From the human T2T-CHM13v2.0 reference genome, Homo sapiens: a stretch of DNA of 64,000 nucleotides. Location of the stretch: assembly GCF_009914755.1 (NCBI RefSeq), contig NC_060947.1, one strand, 5' to 3'. How positions within the stretch are numbered: the first letter of the stretch is position 1; each line of letters opens with the position of its first letter. The notes under the pieces were generated by a model. The model searched no databases. It was not told the origin of the DNA and saw only the letters and a list, made by a program, of their open reading frames with translations. The translations under genes were made by a program, and so were the position numbers. Below are positions 42,605-58,440 of the stretch, piece after piece.

Positions 42605-45600
42605 GAGGGGTGGAGCAAGATGGCGGAATATATGCCTACACCATTTGTCACTCTTACTGGTACACCAAATTTTAACAATTATATGCACAAAGAAAAGTAC
42701 CGTCACAAGATCTGAAAATCAGGTGAGAAATCACAGTACTTGGTTTTCATTTCATATCATGGACATATGCATTGAGGAGAGCTGGAGAGACAGTCTTGGA
42801 TTATCATGATGCCACCCCTTTCTAACCCCTGTCAGGAGCTATGCAGCACATAAAGATAATCTGTGCACTTTTGGGAGGCAGAGCACAGTGAATGGGGAAC
42901 TTTACATTGAACTCAGTGCTGCTCCGTCACAGTGAAGAATAAGCTAAGCAATGCTGGGCTCAGCTAGCACCCAGGCATGGAGGGAGCATCTGGAACAGGC
43001 TTAGTCAGAGAGGAGTCACAATTCCAGTGGTAGGAACTAGAGTTTCTAGGAAAGTCTTGCCACCACAAGCTGAAGTGCTCTGGGGGTTCTAGGTAAACTT
43101 GAAAGGCAGTCTAGAACACAAGGATTGCAATTCTTATGCAACTCCTAGTACTAGGTTGGGCTTAGAACCAGTGAACTCGGATGGCATGTGATCTAGGGAG
43201 ATGCCAGCTGGCATGGCTAAGGGAGGGCTTTACCACCCCTCTGCCAATCCCAGGAAGTACAGCTCGCAACAAGAAAAGTGAATCCTTTCTTCTGCTTAAG
43301 GAGAGGAGTGAAAAGAGTAAAGAGGACTTTGACTTGCATCTTGGATACCAGCTCAGCCACAACAGGATTGGGCATTGGGAAAAGTTGTGAGGACCTCATT
43401 TTAGGCCCTAACTCCTGAAAAACATTTTTAGACACAACCTGAGCAGAAAGGGAACCCACTGCCTTGAAGGGAAGAACCCATTCCTGGCAGGAATGGTTAC
43501 CTGCTGAGTAAACAGCCTTTGAGTCCTGAATAACCAACAGCCCCAGGGAGTATGCAATGGGCCTTGGGCTCTGAGACATGTTGGCTTTTGGGGGGTACCT
43601 GGCATGTTCCAGGCTGTGGCGGCTATGGTGCAAGCTCCTTCTGTTTGAGAAAAGCAAAGAGAAAAGTAAAGGAGACTCTGTCTTGCACCTTAGGTACCAC
43701 CTCGGGCACAGTGAGGTAGGACAACAACTAGGCTCTTGAAGTCCCCAAGTCCAGGCCTTGGCTCTTGGACAGCATTTCTGGACCTGCCTTGGGCCAGAGG
43801 GGAGCCCACTGCCCTAAAGCGTGAGTCCCAGTCCTGCAAGCATTCAACATAAGCTGATGGAAGAACTCTTGGTCTATAATCAAGCGTCAGTGGTGGTCTG
43901 GTAGAACACCCTGTGGACAGGTGGTGGTGGTGGCCATAGGGAGAGGCCTGCAGAAACTAGAAGGAAGAATGGGAAAAACTTTGTACTGTGGTTTGAGTGC
44001 CAGTTTAGCCACAATGAACATGTGGTAATTACTAAGATTTTAGACTCCAATCACTGGTTCTCAGAAATATTTTTGGACAGCCCCAGGGCCTGGGGGAGCT
44101 CACCAACCTGAAGAGAAGGGTCTTGGCTAAGGCCCAGTGCTGTGCTGGCTTCAGGTCTGACCCAGCACAGTCCCAGTTGTGGTGGCCACAGAAATGCTTG
44201 CATCACCATACCACCAAGTCCAGTGGCTCAGCAGAAAAACAGGCTCTATGTTCTGGGTGGAGAAAGGAAGGGAAAAGAATAAGATCCTCTGTCTGGTAAG
44301 TCAGAGAATTCTTTGAGATCTTATCCAAGGCCATCAAGATGGAGGTACCTCTATGAGTCTGCAAGAATTGGGCTTGGGGCCCAAGTCCCTGTGAATACCT
44401 GAAAAGTCTTCCCAAGAAGGACAGGCACAAACAAGCCCAGACTGTAAAGACTACAATAAATACCTAACCCTTTAATGCCCAGACACCAAGGAACATCTAT
44501 AGGCATCAACACCATATAGGAAAACATAACTCCAACAAATGAACTAAACAAAGAAGCAGCAGCCAATCTTGAAGAAACAGAGATATGTGACCTTTCAGAC
44601 AGAAAATTCAAAATAGCTGTATTGTGGAAACTCAACTCTAAGATAACACAGAGAAGGAATTCAAAATATTATCAGATATATTTAACAGAGAAGAAAATAA
44701 GAAGAATCAAGCAGAAATGCTGGAGCTGAACAATTGAACTGACATACTGAAGAATGCATCAGAGTCTCTTAATAGCAGAAATGATCAAGCATAAGAAAGA
44801 ATTAATGAGCTTGAAGGCAAGCTATTTGAAAATACAGTCAGAGGAGACATAAGAAAAAAGAATAAAGAACAATGAAGCAAGCCTACAAGATCTAGAAAAT
44901 AGCTTCAAAAGAGCAAATCTAAGTTATTGGTCTTAAAAAGGAAGTAGAGAAACAGGCATAGGCAGAATGTTTATTCAATGGGAAAATCTCAGAGAACATT
45001 CCAAACCTAGAGAAGTATACCAACATTCAAGTGCAAGAAGGTTGTACAACACCAAGCAGATTTAACTCAAAGAAGACTACCTCAAGGCATTTAATAATCA
45101 AACTTCCAAAAGCTGACGATAATAAAAATACCCTAAAAGCAGCAAGGGAAAAGAAATAAATAGCATACAATGGAGCTCCAATATGTATGGCAGAAGACTT
45201 TTCAGTAGAAACCTTACAGGCCAGGAGAGAGTGGCATAACATATTTAAAGTTCTGAAAAAACATTTTTACTCTGGAATTGTATATCCATACAAAAATATC
45301 CTTTAAGCAAGAAGGAGCAATTAAGACATTCACAGACAAACAAGTCACAGAGATTTTGTCAGCACCAGAACTGTCTTACAAGAAATATTAAAGACAGTTT
45401 TGTAATCTAAAAGAAAAGTACATTAATGAGAAAGAAGAAATCATTTGAAAATAAAAAACTCACTGGTAATAGTAAGCACACAGAAAAACATGGAATATAA
45501 TAATGCTGAAATTGTGGTGTGTAAACTACTCTTAAGTACAAACACTAAATGATGAACCAATAAAATAATAACTACATCAACTTTTCAAGACATAGTACAA

Positions 45601-46050
45601 TAAGACACAAATAACAAAAAAAATAAAAAGCAAGGGACAAAGTAAAAGTGTAGTTTTTATTAGTTTTCTTTTTGTATGTTTGCTTGTTTATTTGTGCAAT
45701 CAGTGTTAAGTTGTCATCAGTTTAAAATAATGGGTTATGAAATATTTTCAAGCCTCAGGGTAACCCCACATCAAAAACATAAACTGGATACACAAAAAAT
45801 AAAAAGAAAGAAATTAAAACATAAAAAATCACTTCACTAAAACAGGAAGAAAGGAAAGAAGAGAAGACTGCAAATAATAAAACACAGTAAACAAATTAAT
45901 AAAATCACAAGAGTAAGTCCCTACTTATCGATAATAACATTGAATGTAAATGGATTAAACTCTACAATCAAAGGACATAGAGTGACTGAATAATGGATGA
46001 AAAACAAGACCCAATGATTTGTTGCCTACAAGAAATGTACTTCACCTGCA
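42605..46050 (+). mobile_element. L1 (L1MA/L1M1-2-like) 5'UTR, ORF1 and start of ORF2; 3' part absent
   Basis: 5' motif GGAGCAAGATGGCGGAATA; ORF1-like GCAGAAGACTTTTCAGTAGAAACCTTACAGGCCAGGAGAGAGTGG; ORF2 start ATAACATTGAATGTAAATGGATTAAAC. Confidence 0.85.
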
Positions 46051-46263
46051 CATCAAGAGTGATATAGAAAAATGTGTATAGCTTTCCTCAGATAATAAAT
46101 ACATGAGACAATCCAAATATCCTTCAACTGTGAAACACATAAATTGTGGTATATTAAAAAAGCTGAATATGATAGCGAAAATGAATTACCTCTGTATGTA
46201 TTAATATGGATGAATTGCAATAACATAATAGTCAAAAAAGTAAACCACAGAGGAATAAATAGA

Positions 46264-46792
46264 TGTGATATTTAATATTATGTGTCAAATTGGCTGGGCC
46301 ACAGGGTGATCAAATATGTGGTCAAACATTATTCGGGTGTTTCTATGAGGGTGCCTTTGGACACGATTAACATTTAAATAGGTAGATTTTGAGTAAAGCA
46401 GAATGCTTTCCATAGCGTGAATTGGCCTCATCCAATCAGTTGAATGTATAAATAGAACAAAAAGGCTGCCCTCTTCCAAGTAAGAGAAAATTCTCCAGCA
46501 GAGCAGACTGCCTTCAGACTTCATCTGCAGCATCATCACTTCTTTCTGGTTCTGTAGCAGATGGCATTCAGACTCAAACTGGAGCATAAGCGCTCCTGAG
46601 TCTCCGGTCTGCTGATATTTGGACCGAAACTGAAGCATTGGCTCTCTGGGATTTCCAGTTGCTGGCCCACCCTGCAGAGTTTGGGATTACCAGCCTCCAT
46701 AATTGTGTGAGTCAATTTCTTATAATAAATTACTTTCTATATAAATTCATATCCTATTGGTCCTGTTTTTCTGCAAAACCTGGACAAATAAA
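46264..46792 (+). mobile_element. MLT2 (B/C/D-like) ERVL LTR inside an L1ME 3' end (~46055-47060)
   Basis: TGTGATATTTAATATTATGTGTCAAATTGGCTGGGCCAC; CTCATCCAATCAGTTGAA; ATATCCTATTGGTCCTGTTT. Confidence 0.85.
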
Positions 46793-47309
46793 ATGTAGTA
46801 TGATTCCATTTATACAAAGTCCCAAAATAAGAAAAATAAACAGTATATTATTTTGGGATATATACACAAGTGGCAATACTATAAACAAAAACAAGTGACT
46901 AATTAAAACCAAATTCACGGCAGTGGTTACCTCTTGGGGGAAAGCAGGAGGATATAATCAGACATAGGCCCACAAGGGCCTTCCAGAGTACTGGTAACAT
47001 TCCATTTCTGAACCTGAGTGTCAAGTACATAGCCATTTTTTTCATTATATTCTTTAGCTTATGGAGATGTATTTCACACAGAGATACCCCAATGCACACA
47101 CGCTCACATGTGCATGCAAACACACACACACTTTTAAAAAGCAAATATAAGGAAGCATTAAAATAAAACATAGGATAACATTTTTTATAATCCTGGGATA
47201 ATCCTGAGATGGGGAAGATTTTATTAAACTAGACAATAGATCCCAGAAACTGTAAAGTAAAGGGATAAAGGACTTGAATATATAAAACTGGTAGATTATT
47301 TATGATATT

Positions 47310-47938
47310 ATACACTGTTTGTGGGAGTGTAACTTAGTCCAACCATTCTGGAAAGCAGTATGGTGATTTCTCCAAAACCTAAAAACAGAACTACCATTCC
47401 ACCCAGCAATCCAGTTACTGGGTATATACCCAAAGGCATATAAATCCTTCTACCATAAAGATACATGTATGCACATGTTCGCTGCAGCACTATTCACTAT
47501 AGCAAAGACATGGAAACAATCTAAATTTCCATCAATGGTAGACTGGATAAAGAACATATGTACATGTACACCATGGAATATTACATGACCATAAAAAGAA
47601 CAAGATCATGTTCTTTGTAGCAACATGGATGGAGCTGGAGGCCATTAACCTTAGCAAAGTAATGCAGGAACAGAAAATCAAATACCACATGTTTTCACTT
47701 ATATGTGGGAGCCAAATGATGAGAAAACATAGACACAAAAAGGGAGACAACAGACACTGGGGCCTACTTGAGGGTGGAGGGTGGGGGAAGGAAGACGATC
47801 AGAAAAATTAACTATTGGGTACTAAGTTTAGCACCTGAGTAATGAAATAATCTCTACACCAAATCTCAATGACACGAGTTTACCTATATAACAATGATGT
47901 GCATGTACCTGTGAACCTAAAATAACAATTAAAAAAAA
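47310..47938 (+). mobile_element. Older L1PA (PA13-16-like) 3' end
   Basis: MFFVATWMELEAINLSK ORF2 tail; GGCCTACTTGAGGGTGGAGGGTGGG; A tail. Confidence 0.9.
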
Positions 47939-48767
47939 TCTCTGGGGTTTAAGACATCTATCTAATTTTCTTTTTTTGACAAGACTAATCCATAAAATGT
48001 GCAACATGGAAGTATTTGAAATATAGCTCACAGTAGAAAAAGAATGGTTTCTTTTATTTGCTAATACACTAAAATCAATAATAGTTTTAAAAACAAATAA
48101 AAATAGCATGCATTTAACCTAAAAAAAAAAAAAGAAGAAACCAGGGGAAAGAGAAGAGGGAGATACCTTTACTACAGAGGAACAAAGATAAGAATTACAG
48201 TAGGCTTCTAATCTAAAACCCTGCAAGCAAAAAGAGAGTGAAATGAAGTATTGAAAATGTTGAAAGAAAAGAAAAATAATAAGATAAAACTATTTTCAAC
48301 ATATATGTTACAGCTAAACATCAAAGCTTAATATCCTCAAAAATAAGTAAGTGCCTACAAATTGATGAGAAAAAAACAAACCATCAGGAAAAACAAATGA
48401 ACAAACAACATAAATAAGCATTCTAAAGAAAAATACACTTGGCCATTAAAGATAGGAAAATATGTTCAATCTTACTAGTAATCAAAGGAAATGCAAACTA
48501 CAATTAGATAGCATATGTTTGTTTTTTTCCTTCTAATTGTAAAAACTGTAACAATATTTCAGTTGGCTAGGTTGTACAGAAATGGGAATTTCGACATAGG
48601 ACTTGTTGGGGTATGATTTTGAAGGGCAATTTGATAGTATCCTTTAAAGTTAAAAGTGGGCATACCCTTAAGCCCAGCAATTCTGCTCTTGAGATTTTAT
48701 CTTATGAAGAAATGTTTGCACTGTGTCCAAAGATACATTTACAAGGTTGTTCACTGCAGCATTCATT

Positions 48768-50044
48768 GTTTTTACTTAACTTTTATTTATGTTCGGGGGA
48801 ATATGTGCAGGTTTGTTATACAGGTAAATTTGTTTCACATGGGTTTGTTGTACAGATTATTTCGTCACCCAGGTATTAAGCTTAGTAACCATTAGTTATT
48901 TTTCCTGATCCTGTCCTTCATTCCACCCTCCACCCTCAAGCAGGCCACAGTGTGTGTTGTTCCCCTTTATGTGTCCAAGTGTTCTCATCATTTAACTCCC
49001 ACTCATGCATGAGAACATGTGGTATTTGGTTTTCTATTCCTGAATTAGTTTGCTAAGGGTAATGATTTCCAGCTCCATCCATGTTCCTGCAAAGAACATA
49101 ATTGTGTTCTTTTTTATGGTGCATACTATTCCATGGTGTATATGCACCATATTTATTTATTCAGTTTACCATTGATGGGCTTTTAGGTTGATTCCATGTC
49201 TTTGCTATAGTGCATAGTGCTGCAATGAACATATATGTGCATGTCTCTTTCTAATAGAACAATTTATATTCCTTTGGTATATGCCCAATAATGGGATTGC
49301 TGGGTCAAATGGTAGTTCTGTCTTTAGGTTTTTGAGGAATTGCCACGCTGTCTTCCACAGCGGCTGAACTAATTTATACTCCAAACAACAGTATATAAGT
49401 ATTACTTTGTCTCCACAACCTTGACAGCATCTATTATTTTTTGACTTTTTAATAATAGCCATTCTAAATGGTGTGAAATGGTATCTCATTGTGGTTTTGA
49501 TTTGCAGTTCTCTAATAATCAGTGACGTTGAGGTTTTTCTTTTCATATGCTTGTTGGCCACATGTATATCTTCTTTTGAAAAGTGTCTGTTCATGTCCTT
49601 TGCCCAGTTTTTTTATGGGGTTGTCTGTTTTTTTTCTTGTAAATTTGTTGAAGTTTTTTATGAATGCTGGATATTAGACATTTGTCATATTCATAGTTTG
49701 TAAAATTTTTCTCCCATTCTGTAGGTTATCTACTCACCTTGTTGATAGTTTCTTTTGGTGTACAGATGCTCCTTAGTTTAACAAGATCCTATTTGTCAAT
49801 TTTTGCTATTGTTGCAATTATTTTTGGTATCTTCATCAGTAAATCTTTGCTCATTCCTATGTCCAGAATGGTATTGCCTAGGTTGTCTTCCAAGGTTTTT
49901 ATAGTTTTAGGTTTTACGTCCTTAACCTATCTTGAGTTTTTTGTTTGTTTGTTTGTTTTTGTATATAGTGTAAGGAAGAGGCCCAGTGTCAATTTTCTGC
50001 ATATGGCTAGCCAGTTATCCTAGCATCATTTATTGAATAGGGAA
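48768..50044 (-). mobile_element. Older L1PA 3' ~1.3 kb
   Basis: ORF2 peptide [18 protein letters not shown]...TMRYHFTP...[12 protein letters not shown]. Confidence 0.9.
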
Positions 50045-51279
50045 ACACTGCTACATTTTCCCAAATAATTGGCTTTGTGAGGGATGGCTGAGAATGAACC
50101 TTTTGGGGATTTTAGAACGGAAGGAATAAATAACTTACAGCCCTGTCTTTGACACCTGAGTTCAGGAACAAGTGAGAGAAAGAGATCACAATCATATCTA
50201 TTCATGATAAATGCTGGAAGACAGGACTTGACTTATATAAGCAGTCATAATGGACTTTCTAATATTTTATTCTTGAGGAAGATAAACCAACTGATCTAGC
50301 CACAGTCACAGGTAGATAACTAAAGGCCTCCACACATACACACACCAGAGAGTACCTCCATGGAAAACCAGGTCCCAGAAAGCATTAAGGCAAGTATTTG
50401 TTTCTACTTGTCAATCCACCAGTCAGGGAAGTCACTCCACCTCCTCTGGGGAGGAGTGAATGAAAAGGTAAAGAGTGTACTTTCTATGTTTCCATTTAGA
50501 AGAAAAGGAGTGGAAAGTTATTCCCTTTCCATATGATACTATGAGGCCTGGGGAATAAGGGTTTCACTTGCAAATCTCTCCAGTGAGTCTTGATTTGGTT
50601 GTGTACTCTTCCGTTGGTTGAGCAAGCTTCTCTGGTGGTAGATGCAGATGCAAGTCTACCATGGTTTGGAGGAACTTCTACTTAAATGATTAGTTATCCT
50701 CACAACCATTCTGAAAGGTATGTAAGATATTCATACTATTTCCATTTCACAAATAAGGTATTAGGGGTTCAGAGACATACAATAATTTACTGTGTGACAG
50801 GGTTGGAACTAGACCAACAGACTCCTGTGTAAAGCTTTTATGCAAATGCATGAGTTATTTCATTCATTCAACTTCCCACTGTCTCACTTATTCACTCTGA
50901 TTTATTCACTTATTCATTTATTTGTCACTTTTTAATATGTCAGACATGGAAGCACATACTAGATTTATTTTGTATATATTTCAATGCAGAAATTTGTTGT
51001 ATTAAGTGTTTGTGACTTGACTATGTAGGTTATCAGTTTCTATTATTTAATGAGTTAATGTGTGCTTTAATTTCATAGGCATTGATTTTACACCAGTAAG
51101 CTGAGATTTCACACATTATAGAGATTTCTTATGTTAACATTTGTGAGGAATAGTAATGGTAGTTATTTCTCTGGCTGATAGGAGTATTAGCATTTTCTCC
51201 TTTCTCCTTTTGTGTGCTTTCCAATTTTTTCCAGGGAACAAATATTTTTATAACATCCATGAAAATATATTCTTTTTGA

Positions 51280-51790
51280 AGAAGGATCTAGACATAGGAG
51301 TCATTAGCATTTAAGTTGCAGATTAAGCTGGGTATATGGATGAGATAGTATATGAGAGTAAATTAGATGAAAAGTGAGCTAATAACAATCTTGAGGAATA
51401 TTAATGTTTAGGAACCCAGATGAAGAGAAAGCCCACCACACACACACACACACAAATTCTGATAATAAGCTGTCAGAGTGGTAAAAGAAATAGGAGTGAT
51501 TCCTTTCATCTAAACTAAGGGAAAACAAGACTTTCAAGAAGGGAAGGATTGAGGATATCAATCTCTACAGAGCAGCAGTCAACTATAATAAATACAGGAA
51601 ATTGCCTATGAGATTTGGTGCTTCTGGGGTCACAAGTGACATTTTCAAGAGCAGCTTTAATAGACTGACTGTAGAAGAGGCCAGGCTGTTGTGAATTGAA
51701 GAGTTAAGGGGAAGTAAGATGAGGATAGTAGAAGAGAGTTTTTGTTTGTTTGTTTGTTTGTTTGTTTTGTTTTTGAAAATGTGGCTGTGC
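51280..51790. mobile_element. L2 fragment
   Basis: TAGGAGTCATTAGCAT..ATGGATGAGAT..GGTCACAAGTGACATTTTCAAGAGCAG. Confidence 0.55.
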
Positions 51791-52431
51791 CTTCTCTAGA
51801 AAGAACTTGTTACTTAGCAGCTATTTAGCCTATCTACATAGAAAACAAATATAAGTTTCCTTCTCTCTCCTTGAAAATTTACAATTAATTTCTAGAATGG
51901 AACTAGTTTGCTCATGATGGAGATTTGCTCAGCAAGAATTACAAGGATGAATTAAATAAAATATGAAAATGCCTAACACGAGGCCTGATACACAGGAGAA
52001 ACCCAACCAATGTTAGTTTTCATAAAGAAATGGATCAAAACAATAGCAGTGGTTATGTCAAAGAAATGATAAATGCTTTTCTTTTCTGTTTTGTCCTATT
52101 TTTTAAAAAATATGTTACTTTTATATTTTGATGTTTCACTTTTTTGCCTTTCAGAGAACCCATTCAAACCAGCTGCCAAATTGCCAACACTCAGAGGAAT
52201 AACAGGGAGTCTGGCTTAACTACATCAGAGAGTTATTTTTTTTAACCTTCTTATCTTCTAGTCATCTCTTGTGATCATTAAGTCCTGGTCACTAAGGTCC
52301 CACATCAGTTTTATATTAACTTCGTTTTTCCTTATAATCGTCTCTTGAAATAATAGGATCTCCAAGACCTAGTGGATCAGGTCTGTTCAGGCAGCTCTTC
52401 TTTTTTAAATTTTGAGAAGTAAATCTTATTA

Positions 52432-52761
<330 letters not shown>

Positions 52762-52904
52762 TTATGTTACCATCTGTGTCTATTATTGGTAGAGGTATAT
52801 TTATTGCAGGTTTATTCACAGTTCCCTGTATACTCCCTTTAATATTTATACATTTACCAATAGAAATGATTAGTACATATTTTCACTTCACATAGTCAAA
52901 TACA

Positions 52905-53135
52905 TGCTTTAAAGAGTAAGATTATACCAGGCACCCTGTTAAGTGATTTATTTACACTATTTAACAGAATTGGACCCTTGATCTCATTATCGTTGTACTA
53001 TAAGTAAAGAAACCTAAGTTCAGGGAAATCAAGTAACTTCCTCAAGGTTATACAGCTTGAAAAATGACAGAAGCATGAATTGAATTCAGGTCGGTCTGGC
53101 TGACCCTCAAGCTCCTATTTTTAACCACTGCTTAT
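52905..53135 (-). mobile_element. MIR
   Basis: CCAGGCACCCTGTTAAGTG..AAGTAACTTCCTCAAGGTTATACAGC. Confidence 0.7.
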
Positions 53136-53179
53136 GGTTTCAGGTTGTAAAATTACTTTGGGGAGTTTTCTTTTGTTCT

Positions 53180-53905
53180 TAAGTTTTATCTTGAAAGTGT
53201 TTTCTGAAAAGTTGAATTTTACAGTGAACACCAATATAGCCACCACCTAGGTTCTGCAATTAACATTTTGTAATACTTATCTTACTCCATATCTGTCCAC
53301 TTACCCATCCTATCTGTCTGCCACTTCTTCTCATTTTTATGCATTTCAAAGTAAGTTGCAGATATTAGTACATATTCCCCAAATACTTCAGAATGGATAT
53401 CATTAACTAGAGCTTAATATTTGCTTATAGATTTTTTCTATTCAGTTAAAATTTACATACAATGAAATGCATAAAACTTAAGTGTACTATTCCACAACTT
53501 CCTCCATAAGTCAAAACACACACCTGTGCCACCCAAATCCCCATAAAGATACAAAACATTACCATCACCCAAGAAGGCTTCCTCATGTCTGTTCCCAATA
53601 AAACCCCACCTCCAACCCACAGAGGAAACCATTGTCCTGGTTTGTTTTCACAACCGATTACTTTTGCCTTTTCTATGACTTCATATTAATGGATTCATGC
53701 AGTAAGTACTTTCATGTAAGGTTTTTTTTTTAATGCAACATAATGTTTCTATGATTTATCCATGTTGTGTCTATCAGTAGTTCATGCCATTTTACTGCTG
53801 AGTAGTATTTCATTGTGTGAATATGTCATGGTTTGTTTATCCATTGTCTTATTGTTGAACCTGGGCTGTTTTCATATTTTGGCCATCAAAAACAAAGCTG
53901 CTTTA
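53180..53905 (-). mobile_element. L1MC/ME 3' end
   Basis: AAATTTACATACAATGAAATGCA..ACATTACCATCACCCAAGAAG..TTACTGCTGAGTAGTATT. Confidence 0.75.
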
Positions 53906-54261
53906 AAATTGTGCAAGTATTTCAGTGGTATTCAAAACATGTTACTTAGCAAGGCTCATGGTCTAGAAAGAGAAAATGCAAACATACTTAGAAAACATGT
54001 GTGAGAGAGAAATATAGACTTGGGGGTTAGGAAAACCGGGACATTGGTCTTCAAACACAAGATGAGCTGTCACAGGAAGAAAGTGAATCAGGGCGATGTG
54101 CTTATTCAATGCTCAGTCTCTGTAGCCCTGTTATCTAACTGTAGGGGCTTACCTTCTCCAAATCTTAGTTTTCTCATCTGTCAAGTTGGGTTAAAAGTAC
54201 ATCTGTCCCATAGTTTCTATGAGCATCAAATTAGATAATGCATATGAAGTGCTTCACCATT

Positions 54262-56320
<2,059 letters not shown>

Positions 56321-56675
56321 CTATGTTGATGAACTAGCTTGATCTGGGATTAGTTATAAACTCCAAAATCAGGAGAATTAATACACAATAATTGAGGAAT
56401 GACTTTGTGATTAATCCATAAACTTTCCTAATTAGTTTGTCCAAAGTTCAGTTTCATTTATGACCACCTACTATACCCTAGACCCTAGTCTAAGACCTGA
56501 GTATGTCACAGTGAATAAGGAAGACATACCTCAGCCTTCCTGGATTCTTAATTGGAAAGATACAGACAAATACTTATAAATGAGAGGTGGTTAATTAAAA
56601 AGCATAGAGGAGGCTTTGGAAAGCACATTATCGGTATGACCTAATGTTTAAGTCTCTCATAATTCTAAAAGAGGC

Positions 56676-57635
56676 AGTTGCCTTACTTAGTACTGAACAA
56701 AAACCAGGCCAGGCATTATTTTCTTGTCTGAGAATTACACATAAAACTGTTTCATCCTTCTTTGAATGCACATGTTTCTTAATGCATATTCAAAGAAGCC
56801 ATATGCCTGGAGCCATGTCAATAAGGTACATTCTAAACCTAAAACATTCTAAACATGTACATTCTAAACCTAAAACAGTTAAATCTCGCTAATACAATAT
56901 TTACATATGAATAGAACGTCAGAGTAGAATACCATCCTATTCTACTAGAATTAGAATACCATACCTAAGGGAGAACAAAATATACAAATATGTAAATATA
57001 AATACATAAAATATATTTACTCATTTTTAAATATATGGTCATAAATATAGCCATATTTATTTATTACTTCCCATTCTAATATAGTCTTGAGTTTTGGCTG
57101 CTGAAAGTGAGGGAAGGAGGAGAAAATAGGGTAAACTGTTGTTAATTAAGGGATCTTTAGAGCATGAGGATTCTTATCGCTTCTTTGTCACTCATGTGTT
57201 TTCAGAGGCTTTCATTAACCCTTCAGAATCCCAACACTGCTCTAACATGATTTTGAGGAGAATGGCAAAGAGAAGAGGGATGAAGTGAAAATAGGACAAA
57301 ATGAGTAAATACATTGCATATATTTATATTAAAATATTTGTATATTTTGTTCTCCTTTAGATATGGTATTCTAATTCTAGTAGAATAGGATGGCATTCTA
57401 CTCTGGTGTTCTATTCGTATGTAAATATTGTATTAGTGAGATTCAATTGTTTTAGATTTAGAACATACAGGTGGGCTAATTGCCTTATTGACACGTCTCC
57501 AGGCATATGGCTTCTTTGAATATGCATTAAGAAACATGTGTGTTCAAAGAGGGATGAAACATAATTTTATGTGTAACTCTCAGAAAAGAAAATAGTCCTT
57601 GGTCTGGTTTTTGTTCAGTAGTAAGAAAAGCAACT
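56676..57635. repeat. Inverted duplication: ~350-bp arms (56676-57027 / 57298-57635), 270-bp spacer
   Basis: Arms align as reverse complements (roughly 88-90% by eye over the outer 150 bp); paralogous peptides appear in opposite-strand ORFs. Confidence 0.95.
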
Positions 57636-58199
57636 TCTTGTCCTGCCCCTACTCCATCTGCTATCCTTAGCCCTTGCACACAATCACACAAGTGCATCTT
57701 TCCATAATGCATAGAGTCTATTTCTCCCCTTTTAAAATATATAACAGAAAGAGGTTTTTCATATTCATTCCACTTTGTTGAAATTTTCTTTTGTTCTATT
57801 TTTTTGTTACAGGTCTCCATAGTCTATTCAAAATAATTCCATTAATAAGCAGGTCTTTCGTGTCAAGCATGTTTATGGGGAAAAAATTGTAGGAACCTGA
57901 TTTATCTATTGGAACCCTTCTAAAAGACTAGAAGGGTTTCAATCTTGTTAAAGATTTTTTCATCAGCCAGGCAGATCTAGACCAATCAGAAGGCAGAATA
58001 TATCACCTAAGGAAGAGCATCAACTCATTTGTACCATTTTAATAAGACTAATTTTAAAGTAATGCAAAAAGGACTCAGGACTTCAACTTATTTTCAATAG
58101 TACCTCCACTTGTTAGAGTCCTTCAAAGTCATTAGTAAAATCATACATAGTGTATTTTTGAGGCTCCCAATCTTTTGAGGTGAGTTACTTCATATTTCT

Positions 58200-58440
58200 T
58201 AAAACAGCTACCATTTATTTAACATTAACTTTAACAGGCTTTTTTGTATGTGTGCATTATTTCATTTTATCCTCACAATATTACTATGATAGGTGTCCTT
58301 AAAATTTACAATTTAAAGATGAGGATACAGACTCAGATAGGTGAGATAATGTTCCCCAAGTCATATGGTCAGTAAATGGTGGAATTGGAAAGTTAAACTG
58401 AGATCTCTCTGATAATAGGGCCTGAGCACCTGGCCACCAT
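58200..58440 (-). mobile_element. MIR
   Basis: TTTATCCTCACAATA..AAAGATGAGGATACAGACTCAGA..CCCAAGTCATATGG. Confidence 0.7.

Noticed and set aside
43280-44300. Recurring ~330-bp-spaced purine-rich blocks
   Set aside because: Internal repeats of this kind are typical of old primate L1 5'UTRs.
47310-50044. Opposite-facing L1PA 3' ends as an inverted duplication or twin-priming event
   Set aside because: Each has its own tail, they differ substantially, and older L1 sequence lies between them; independent insertions.
56644-57820. Two similar peptides (TEQKP..LFS.LR.THK) as a duplicated gene pair
   Set aside because: Explained by the DNA inverted duplication; the frames diverge and there is no coding signature.
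57913-57938. Perfect 10-bp hairpin AACCCTTCTA/TAGAAGGGTT
   Set aside because: About one such short-loop stem is expected by chance in 64 kb.
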